Of a DNA stretch of 64,000 nucleotides, positions 25,101-37,100 are shown in pieces. The stretch's first letter is position 1; every line of letters begins with the position of its first letter. Both the position numbers and the translations under genes were made by a program. The stretch is from Phoronis australis (taxonomy: Eukaryota > Animalia > Phoronida): the NCBI GenBank assembly GCA_002633005.1, contig NMRA01000014.1:734955-798954 (forward strand), written 5' to 3'. The notes under the pieces are model-generated. The model made no database searches and was not told where the DNA came from. It saw only the letters and a list, made by a program, of their open reading frames with translations.

Positions 25101-28100
25101 TCTCCCCGTTATCTAGAGCCCGAGTGGATTTTGGAGAATTATCGCCCAAGGGGCGTTAGCCCCGAGGGTGATAATTCTCCAAAATCCTCGAGGGCTCTAG
25201 ATAAGGGGGATAACGGCTGAGAACATGTAATAATCTATTTATACCACATACTAAACGAGAAACATTGCAATGAATCGATTTACCTTTTCTGACTCTCCAC
25301 GGCTTTGTAACTACTTTCTATGTCAGAGGCCCGGCTATTTTTGTCAAATAAGGCTTTTACTCAGAACCAATTGAAAACTTAAATATAATAGAAATAAATT
25401 GAATTTATAAATTAAGGTTTACCAACTATTATAGCTTAAAACACGTTTTTTTTCACGCTAAGCTTCGACCGGGAAATTATCGTCTGCTAAAGTAGGTTAC
25501 CACTGGTAACTGGATATAATTCTCAAGTCAAAGATCCTGACGACACAATACCCGCATTCAAACTGTAGATCGGTGATTTATAAGTAAGAGGACATGAGAG
25601 AAAATTTTCACTGAATTAAGATATCATTTTTATGGAAATTACGTGTCTTATTTTTCGTAACGTATAAGTACAGTACAATGCGGTTTGTTGAACGTGCGAT
25701 TATTGCGCGTGCGATTATTGCGCGTGCTCATTTAAGTATTGTATTTTCACTCTTGATGACGTCAGCCACTGCATGGTGTAGTGGCAAGTCGGCGATCAGC
25801 AATTTCAGGGTCCCGGGTTCGACTCCGTCCTCGGTTTCCCGCCAAATGGTTAACTCATTAGTGAGATAACTTTATGGGTTATTACACGGTTGTATCTGCC
25901 ATTCGAGGCTAATATTGCGGTATAAGTGGTATTAAGAACAACAAGAGCAAAAAGTCAAATAAAGAGGTCACAAACAGAAAATAAGTAAGGTCTATCTGCA
26001 ATAAAACAATCACGATTTATTTTCCAGAACTGAAATTCTGAATCAACTTTAATCGATTTAAAAATAGATATCATACCAGTAAAATAATTTGTGGTTGAAC
26101 TAGCATTGTTGTGAACCACTTTCCACAAAATTCTTGGCCTTTTTCTGTGTGGTTTTCTGTTCTTTCAAAAGACGGCAGCATATGACGACCATAAGAGTCA
26201 TTATAAAATGGCTGCCGAAAAGCAATGCACAGTTCAAACACCTTGGCATAAATAAAAGAAAACTTTTGAATCAATGAATACTATATATTTGTGAGAGTTA
26301 AATCAAATCCTATTCAGAGCATTACTTTAAAGTGGAAAAATTGGGTGAGTACGACAACAAGCCGGTTTCATGCTTAGGCGGACGACCATTGGGTACCCGA
26401 GTATATATTATATCGTCTGCAACTCAGGCATCGATTCCTCGCCAATATCAAACATTGTTGTCACTGGCCATGACAGCACCCGAAACTATCGGCGACAGTA
26501 TTATACGAGTAGCAACGACGACCGTCCCAGTAACACGTGAACCTATCCACGCTACAGGATCCGTAGCCAGCCAGCTAGCTGTATCAACAGACTGTCGTAT
26601 ATTTAGTATACAGCTTCGTACCAAGGCTACAGAATCCGAAGAAATGCGACAACGTACCTGCAACAACGCTGCAACAGGCATATTCGCCGCAGCAATCATC
26701 AACGGTGGCACTTTTAACATCTTCGTGAAAACAGACGACGTGTAGTCTACGCGCTCCGGGTAATGACCTAGTTTCGAGTGCAGCTACCCGATGAGGATTT
26801 TACAATGTTATAAATATTCTTGTTATTTATTTATTTTCGAAATATGATACATACAAGTTCAATGCACGATAACTATCGTTTTCACAGTTTTTATCAATTT
26901 CAAGTAATAAACCGTTACATTTAAAACTGTTATCTTTTACTATAGTAAGTCAGCAACTTAACGCGCACGTACATACAGAACAGGTTGTGATTCGCCACGT
27001 TAACAGTCAGGGTGAAGTATTTATGAAAGGCCGAGAGAAAACAAAAAACTCACGAATTCGATGCGTATGGGATATTCGGTCTCGGTCGATACGCGGAATA
27101 ATGTCTCCTGGGATATTATTTCATGTACGCCACTCTCGGTACGTTTTGTGTATGTATTTGCGCGTTAGCTTGTAAGTTTTCTCTAATAAAAAGTTACAAA
27201 TGTAACGATTCATTACTTGAAAAGAGATAACAACGATGAAAACATCGGTAACTGTGAATTGAACTGAAAATAGTGAAATAACAACAATTATATTTGATAT
27301 TGTATTTCGGTTATACAGAATTTGTTAAATGCACGACACTTTTTATTGTTCACAGTCTTTATTCCGTTACGTTCGTACTTTCGGAACAAAACTCTACTCT
27401 CAACTGAACATAGATACAGTAACTGACCTAGCGACATAACTAAAAAGACACACGATATTTCGAAACATACTTGTTTCATTCTCAAGTGAAGATAAAATGA
27501 CGCAGTAATGCCACCACAGAGTATAAGCTGACGACACACGCAGTGAGACACGGCAGGTGTGAAATACTGCAAAGAATGACTAATGAAGGGGGGTAACAGG
27601 AAAGTCACGCAAACAAGTGTAACGTGCGGCGCGACCCTGCTTGCTGGTCATTCAAAACAAGCTTCTCAAAAGCAATTAAAAGGGACTCTAATACTTTCAG
27701 ACGCAGCACATCTTGCTCCACGTAGCGAATTGGCGTGTTTTCCACAATTTCTTGACGGGTGATTTTACGTGCGTGGCATTGCAGAAAATGATCTTGAATG
27801 GCGCCATTTTGAAGATGCATGGATAACTGACGGGAAAGACTGCATATATTGCATTTACCGAGGAATCGGCGCCTGAGTTGCAGACGATACGATATTTAGC
27901 AATTGAAAACTGAGACAGAACTCAGTGGCGAATTTAGAGGGGGTGAGGGGCAAGGGGCCATGTCCCTCCAAAAAAATTCTCTCAGATTCCATTTGGCAGT
28001 TCAGGGTGCGAATTGCTGACTAGCACCTAGGGGCTTGGGGGGGCGAATGCACAAGACTTTGAACAAACCCCGTTTTGTTTTGTTTTTTTTTAGTAATAAG

Positions 28101-31100
28101 GTTCACAAACCCAAAAATTCGAGACCCCCTACATCCCTACATTTTTGAGGCGAAATTTAGGTTATTCCTGTGCCTTGCCCCCCAACTTAAAATCCTGGAT
28201 CCACCTCTGGAACTCTCATATAATTAATAGTTTTGTACCAGATGTTACGTTTAGGGTCTGACTGCTTGTCGAGTGTTTTTTATACTGCTGCAACTGTATT
28301 ACTTTAAACTATATTCGGAAAGTGTGATGATCGAACCGGCCAGCAAACGATGTCGAGTCGACTTTGACCTACCTTTTGAACTTTCCATGCGGAAAACATT
28401 AGTACATGGCCTTATTACACTCGACAGACGAACGAGTATGGCATAAAGGATGTTTCACCCGTGCAAAAGACGCCGTATCCGGAGCATTTCCCATAGACCT
28501 AACTCACGCGGCGGACAATAAAATCCAAAGCGAAGCTCACTGCGATAAATAAAGCGGAAGTTGACAATGCGTGAGTTAAATTGCCGGTCTTTCGAGTCCA
28601 ACCTGGATATTAAATCTTTAAAATGTGTCGAAAACTAACCACAGTGACGTAGAAAAATACATTAGAGAACAAGTTAATGCATTGAAGAGTTGTCTGGCAA
28701 AAGGGTATAATTTTTTCGGAAAACTTAGGTTCGAAACATGAAAAGTAAATATGACCAAAAATATGACCAAATCGCGTCGATTGTAGTGTTACGTATTAGG
28801 TATTACGCTGAATGCAGGGTTACGTTTCTTATCTTGTAAATTGTTAATAAAAATGCTTTCTACACAAACCAGGTCATCTGCTTGTATTGTTGACGAGTTG
28901 AAGATATATTCGACAGTGGTGGCTCATCGCATTTTGCTGTCATGTGCAGGGACTACTGGGACTAGCAGTTGATTAGTCATTGATGTGAAAGAATAATTGA
29001 TGTTATTAAATATATTTTTATCAAAATAAAAACCAGGCTCGTAATTGAAAATAAAAATTATTTGACCATCAATTCTGCTTTCTTGGTTTTAATAATTCTT
29101 ACGTCTATTTCATGTGTTAGGTTTCAAATATCAATCTAATCACCTAATTTGTTCGTCGAAAACATAACTTCGTTTTATAACTCAATTTCAGTTAACTGGA
29201 CCGAGCAATCATAGTTACCATGTTTCTCTAGGAGCTTCGTTCATCCGAGGGGAAATGTGCCCGTGCCTTCTGAGAGGAGATTTTTTTCGCCGAGTGAGGG
29301 GAAAAATCTACCTCCCGATCACCATCAATAGCAACCCCGCCCAGTTGCAAGCACAACTATAGACCTAATTCACGCCGACAGGAGGCGCGTTCCAAACCGG
29401 GACTCGCTACGATAGCTTTGTTAGCTTATCGGCATCACGTGTATTTCGCGTTGCTCGAACGGCTAGAAAAAATACGGACATTCAACTGTCTGCTTTACAA
29501 TCCCTAAGGACGTCGACATTAGGAAGCGTTTGGTCGTTGCCATGATACGCCGCGACGAAGGAAAATATGTGCGTGTAAAATTTATAAATTAATGTTTTCG
29601 AAAAGTTAGATCATATTTTGTCGCATCTCGATAGCCAAGTGTCATAGCAACGACCAGAGAATGTTCGGCCAGCCAGGCTGTGTTTTCATGACTACATGAC
29701 ACATTTTTCATTCCAAAAAGGACAGGGCCCTCAATCCCTCGATTTTGGGGCCGAATATCGCCCTATTCCCCTCTCAAAAATATTGAGAAATCACGCGAAA
29801 TTCCCCCCACGAGGCCTAAAAATTCCTCCAGTGTTTAAATATTTCTCTCTGAAGTTCAAATCACCTGTAACAACACAGGTGACAATTTGAAAGAGCACAA
29901 AATGTTACTTTAAATTGAGACAGAGCCTATGAGAGCTTGCAACAGGGCGGGGGTGCTATTGATGGGGATCGGGAGGTAGATTTTTTCCCTCACTCTGCGA
30001 AAAAATCCCCTTTCAGAAGGCACAGGCACCTTTCCCCTCCGATGAACGAGGCTACCAAACACATGAAACAGAAGTAAGAATTATTAAAACCAAGAAAACA
30101 GAATGGATGGTCAAAAAAATTTTATTTTCAGTTACGAGCCTGGTTTTTATTTTAATAAAAAATGTATTTAACAACATCACTTATTCTTTCAGATCAATGA
30201 CAAATCAACTGTTTAATCCCAGTAGTCCCTACCTCACCAGGATCAGGCTATGCTTGATGTTAATATTCTTGATCAACAAAATAAACCAGATGTGACTAAC
30301 TGCACATGACAGCAAACTGCTATGAGCCGCCACCGTATTATATATCTTCAACTCGTCAACAATACGAGCAGGTGACCTGGTTCGTGTAGAAAGCATTTTT
30401 ATCAATAATTTACAAGAAGAAATGTAACCCTGCGTTCAGCACAATACCTAATCCGTAACACTACGATCGCCGCAATTTGGTCATATTTACTGTGCATGTT
30501 TCGAACCTGTAGTTTTCCGAAAAAATATACCCTTTCGTCAGACAACTCTTTGGTGCTTTAACTTGTTCTCTAATGTGTTTTTCTACGTCTCTGTGGTTAA
30601 CTGTAGACACATTTTTAAGATTTAATATCCAGGTTGGACTCGAAAGACCGGCCATTTAACTCACGCAATGTCAAATTCCGCTTTGTTTAAGGAGGCACTG
30701 AACAGTTCTCACAGGGGTTTGCCTATCAGAACACACGCCAATGGACTTTTCACCCTTTCTTCACTCTGTCAAAAACTGCATGCAAATAAAGAAAAGTTTT
30801 GAGTCATTTCACATCACAAGCCCTACAGATGAGCACAGAAACTTTGTACTCTCTTGTATTTTTGACCCTTTCACTCCCAGTGGAAACCAAGCTGAACTAA
30901 GAAAAATAAGGGCAAAAAAATGCAAAATCGGCACTTTTCACCCCAAAATCACCACTTCCCTACCGATGCTCGACTAAAGCCAACATTAGATTCCGAAAGA
31001 AAATTTCCTACCGATTCCAAAAATGTGGTGCAAAAGTACTGTAAACCAATTAGCTTTTTTTGCAAATCTGGCTTGTTTGAGGGCTACCTGAAATCGCGGC

Positions 31101-34100
31101 CAATTTGTCAGTTGCTACACAGCGGCAATGCACAATTGCAACAGGGGGCCACCATCTTGAAGAAGAGTGCAGCTACAGCCGAGAAAGTGGCCTTTTTATT
31201 CTCAGCATGTTCACAAATACAAAAAAAAACACATTCATTTGGCTTACATACAATACCTAACTAAAAAATGCCCCCAAGCTTGGCCTACCCCTAGATTTTA
31301 ATATTTTGGCAGTGCAAACTGGCCGCGGCCGCAGTCTAACTGTTCAGTGCCACCTTATCGCATTGAGCCTCATTTTGGATTTTAATGTCCGCCGCGTGAA
31401 TTAGGTCTATACTATGCCGATCAGCTAACAGAGCTATCGTAGCGATCCTCGTTTTGGAACGCACCTCCTGCCGGCGTGAATTAGGTCTATGGCACGAGCT
31501 TCTAATGTTTACCATCAGATGCACTGATGTGAATATAACGTCATGGACTGTGGGTCGATGATTGGTCATTTCTTCAATCTCTACTGTATGATGGGCCGTT
31601 GGGGGGAAAGTGTCGCCGGAAAATACGAGCGTAATTATGTACATTACGCCGTTATTTACGCCGTTAATTACGCCGTAAAATTACGAGCGTAATTTAATTC
31701 TTTACGGCGTAAAATTACGCTCGTAATTTAGTTTAAACTCTTAGCCAATGACGTTGGGTTTTACAATCCAAGATCGCGCGCGCTCATGGAAATACTTATT
31801 TATTGGCGGGTTTCATGTCTACGATACGAGCGCTGAATCATGGCGGATCAAATCGCTGCTGCCATGTCAGCGATTGTGCAAGAACGAGCTGCCCAGCAAC
31901 AGTCGTGTATGTTAATTAGGTCATCACTGATTGGTTTAAATTTGGAACGTTCTTAAGGTATTTTACGAGCGTAATTTACGGCGACATTTACCCCATTTAA
32001 TTTACGGGCGTAATTTTACTGCAACACTTTTGCAGTTTAACTTACGCTCGTAATTACGAAACTTTTCACCATTTAATTTACGAGCGTAATTGTACGGCGA
32101 CACTCCTGCAATTTAATTTACGCTCGTAATTACGAGCGTAATTTTACGGCGACACTTTCCCCTCAACGGCCCACCATACTACTGCGTGCCTATCATCAGT
32201 AAACCCGACGCGGAATTTATTCCGACAGTGCCGTTGCACCGAAGTGTCTCATACAGATAAGCTTAGTAACTTGACTCTCAGAGAGCATACATCGCACTGT
32301 CTCTTTACTATGCATTATCAAGGTGTTACATCGAAATTGGAAGGCCGGTGTAAAACAGATATCCCGGAGTATAAAACTGCCGCACCTTCAAAACAGCTGA
32401 CCAGCCCGAAAAACCCTAACCGCGACCCTTAAAACAGGAACCCCGCTGATCGGACAGGACACCCGTGGATCGTGTGAGGGTCCAAGGGGTTTTAGAACAA
32501 TCCAATAAACTCCATTCGTTTCCTTTCACTTTTGTTCCAGGTGCTATGTGAACACGGATGTTGAATTCGCTAAATCGCTTCACTCTGGAATGGCTGGACG
32601 TGAGCGGTGGATGACTGTCGACACGTTCTGTGGTTGCTTCTCCGGTGTTATTGTTTGCAGTCTGCCGGCTTATTCTGACGAACCAGTTGGTTTCCTGCGT
32701 TACCTATCGACTGATCACATGCTAGTGACGTCGACTGAAAACAATAAGGGAAACTTGGCTAAGGAAGAACAAAGTGAGAAAGGTCGACACTACATGTATA
32801 GTTCAAAGAAAGATAGCACGATTGGAAGCGACGAGAGTGTAACCAGTTCCTCTCTATCAAGAAGCAGTCGAAATACATGCTGTAACTCAGTTAACGGTGA
32901 CGATCGGGGTGTGGAGTTTACTCGTCATTCGCCTGTTGCGTCTCACGGTTCGGAACGCAGTTTTAATGACGTGTTGCTAAGAATGGAGTCGATGCCGCCG
33001 TCTTCTTCAAGTATGAGATGGAAGAGTGAGGAGTCAGTGGCAGGACCTTGCAAAAAGCGTGATAAGATATTCCCAGAGCTGAACAGGAGAAACAGTGTTT
33101 GTGCCTTAATGAGTAGCCAAGACAGCACATGGCTAAATGAAGATCGATCTCATGGAAGATGTTTCATAGCAAGTGAGGTCAGCGCTGATGGCCTTAAACT
33201 GCAAAACAATGCACGAAAATCCTGGAACCAGTTGCTCACTCGCCATGGTTCGTGGACAGGTAATTGACATTTTAGATGTATTATCTCCTTTAGTTATGCC
33301 GCCTCGATCTCCAGAAAAATTCTCGGGTGGTATGATGATCCAAAGAACGCGCGAAAGCTGGTCTCATTTTTTGAAATACCAAAGCGTAACACGCGTTGTA
33401 TGTTTCTCAGCTGTTTTAGCCAATAAGGTGTGCCTTTTTTCCGCAGTCATTCTGTTGGAGTATGAATTTTAATGGAAGCATTTCACGCGTTTTGGATTTC
33501 GAAATTTTATCCAGAAAGATTCCAAATTCCGCTATTCCACGCTAGCATTATGATCCCTTTCTCAGATTTTTCAGTTCGACTCGGTAGTTTGTGCTGTGCC
33601 AAACACTAGTTTTAAAAAGCCGTACCTGAACACGGGTATTAGGATTCTTGGAAAGATTCAGCTCTAGATATTCGACACACCGTCGGTTCGCCGTCTGGCT
33701 GTTGTTTGTTGGCTTGTCTGCTGTTGCTGGCACGTCCCCAGTGACGACTGTAGTAAAGTTTTACACATGGAAATCGTAAACGTATATTCTCCCAATGATA
33801 TTCTATACGTCTCTAATAACATACCCATTAACTATGCTCCTGTGGCCTCTCAACAAATAAGGGAGTATGGAGAGAAAATGTGATGTCACAATTTTTAAAT
33901 TTGTAACAAATAACGCGTTTTCTCTTCATAGAGTTCTCAAAAACGTAACGCTCACAACGTTTTGGGGCATAAATTTGACAGAAACGATTGATTTGGAAAA
34001 CTCATGCAAATATAATTTGAATCAAGAGACACACACTGATGCCAAATTTACTGTAGGTGTTCTCTTTAGTAATTTCATAAATTGCATTTAAACGAACGTG

Positions 34101-37100
34101 ATTCAGAATCGAAAGAGACAAAATGTGATATCTTGTTTCATTCAGACATGAATGAATTAACAGTGAAAACAGCTCTACAGAGTACGCCAATCGCTACATA
34201 TCTCGAGTGATGCTCTTTTGTGGAAGCAGCGTCATGGAATGGGGCCGGCGTTTTACTAGGCCAACGGGGAAAACGTGCCTTCTTCACTTCCACTTACATA
34301 TAGCATTGTAATTTTCCAATCGACATAGCCCTATTTTCCTATTCGTTTAAAAAGAAAAAATGGACGTTTCATGGGTTTTGAGGCACTCAAATCTTTCCAT
34401 TCGACTTAAAAACGAAAAGCGCCGTCGGGCGTTTTTGGGTGTTACGTCTCCCATTCGACAAAAGAGCTGTCGGGACGTTTTTTGCGCGTTGCGGCGAATA
34501 CTCCACCCTTGCGCTTTGGCATAAACCTAGATTTCCCGCTTTTTATCTGGACTTAAGTCCCGCTTTTCAATCCAGTTGTCTCGTTTTTTTCATTCTCGGA
34601 TGTTGACAACTATGCAACAGATGTTAAAAATAACACTGTCTCTTTGTCATCAATATCGTTATTTTCCAGAGTCCATTTTGTTTAGTATAAAAGTGTGTTC
34701 CAATATCTTTTGCTAACGATATCACACACTGCATGTATCAGGATCCTTAATTTTTACTTTCTAAAAATGACTTTATTGATAAACTGCTACGGAAAGTCGT
34801 TCAATGCAACCTTTGTACTACATTTTAAAGTTTCACAACAAATGTTTGCTCAGTTTTATCAGACAGCCTTTACCTGCAATTTTCTGATAGGTCGTTGTAG
34901 TAATTATTTGGTCACATTTTTGTGAATGTCATTGCCTCCTGACTTTGTACTGAAGAACTGTTTTAAACGGCACCAAAAGTCCAATTAAAAAAATTATAAA
35001 ATGGCATAATTTTGAATGAGTACCTGACTCAATTCTTCTTAGCAAATGTGAGGGATCCATATTCTATAATCTTTGTCTCAATAGGGTGAAAATCTTTTGA
35101 ATTCTTGTGATTATTTCGATGCTGGTTTAATTAGTCATTTACATAACCTTTCTGGTTCATTTCTTTTTTGTGTTATTATTACACCCTGATAGTTTTCCCA
35201 TTTTGGTTACAGTTTTGGTTTTTATAATTAACAATATGTTTCGTTAAACCTGTCAGGTATGCGAAATGATAATTATTTAGAAATTAAATTATTTATCTTT
35301 TGCTTCTGGTATCATCTTATCAAGAACCATGCAGGGATTCCTAATGATATAACTCTTATGCAATTCTGTTAAAAAATGGCGGAGTTGCGAAAAGTCTTAG
35401 AGACAGTAAATTCCATAGGAAGAACCAACACTGGAACAAAAGAATTCAAGCAAATGTCACGCATGAGCAGCGCAACCAGACCACCGCGAGATCGACTGAG
35501 TTGGCATTCCAGGTTTAGAATTCCATGGAACAAACCAACAAATAAACCACTAGCCTACTCATGACAGGCATCGATTGAATTTCGGACGGATTAGACTGCT
35601 CTAGTGGTTCGTATACACAGTTTCAACGCAGTGTTAGAGTGGCTAGAGTGAACTCTTAACGACTACCAAATAAGTATTATTTAGCTGTCATTTGCAACCT
35701 GCCAAACTAATTAGTGTCAAAATGTCTTGGCGCTTCAACGCTTCGTGTTGCCCATAAAATCGATATTTTATGATGCTTCCTTGCAGTGGCGGAACTGGCT
35801 TGAATGTACAAGTTGTTACTGAACATTTATTTTACCAAGTTACTTTACAGGTGTGACAAGTGGTGGCGATAGAAACAACTACAATTCGCATTCAAAAAAT
35901 CCGAGAATTTTCTTTTATGTGAGAAAAGTCGAGCAGGCGACTAGCAGTGGCGGCCTCAGGTGGTGCCGCGGGAAGCGCCACATAGTAGTGTCACTGATGC
36001 AGGACTACAGACATGGTTCGCAGGTGCCCACTGTCCTAAATACCATTGGCTTCTGTGTGTACAAGGTTAGTCCATACATCATTTAGGTTACATATTACGC
36101 CACCTGCATGAAATAGGACTCAACATAACAACTCTAGGATATGTCATTCCGGCCTAGTTTAAAGGTATCGGGAACCCGCTCAATAGGTAGCGCTGATTTG
36201 CAACGCATATAGTAGGTTTCGTCATTTCAAGGCATAACTCTTCTCTAAAGCTGAATTTTTGGGAGAAAAACAGTGGAAATGACCTTACGTGTAATTCTTA
36301 ACGAAGTTTAATACACCAAGTGAGCAAGAAATTTTATTTCTGAAATATTTTACTTGAAATGGTGTAAATTTACTCCAGGATTAATCACAATTAGTTAACC
36401 GATTTCGATTGGACTTCAGCATCTGATCGTGAGATGATTTTCAGTGACTAAACGACTCTGGACCAGCCCCGTGTCTCCTCAGCAAGCACCGGGCAATATC
36501 CCTCACGAAAAAAATAAAGAAAGTGCTTCTGAAGAACTGACTATACGCATTTAATTCAAACTACTTGAAGAGTTATGACACTAAATCTGATACCTATCAT
36601 ACACAAAACAATTTTATTGGTAGTTGATTAGTGAGTTTTGCATTTGAAAATTTATTACAAAACTTTCGATATTCTTGTCCTGAAAAAAAAACATATAGCA
36701 ACAAGTCATTTTCTACTTCTGTACCATATGGGAAATTCCCGACACTTTTATTCTGACAGGCTCAGCAAAAATAAGGATTTTACTCCTGGTTTTAAAAGTG
36801 TTAGTAGGGTGTTTTTCACAGCGTTAACGTCCCTTCCAATCAAAAGGCAGATCGGATGTCTGGTCTCCCGTATGAAAAACATTTCACGTGTGACGCTCAT
36901 CAGACGATTTATTCGTCTTTCAGTCGCTAGTCCCTAAATGAGACGGCACATGCACTCACGAACATTATAGCTCCGCAATCACTGCTCACGAACATGCATG
37001 CTCCGCACTCATAAGTACAGCTCACGAACATAATAGCCCCGCACTCATAAATACTGCTCACGGAACATAAACTCAGCTCACTGACTCACAAACATGCCCC

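Larger units (their letters stand above)
28495..31488 (+). mobile_element. ISL2EU-like element copy A (outer), AT TSD
   Basis: AT|AGACCTAACTCACGC ... GCGTGAATTAGGTCT|AT. Carries a degenerate coding start (..KSCLAKGYNFF..) of an accessory ORF. Confidence 0.7.

Noticed and set aside
25765-25835. Possible tRNA gene
   Set aside because: A and B boxes are present but acceptor and anticodon stems do not pair; treated as SINE-like.
36867-36910. CUGAUGA...GAAA hammerhead-like motif on the minus strand
   Set aside because: Stem I does not close next to a valid NUH triplet and stem II is weak; likely chance.
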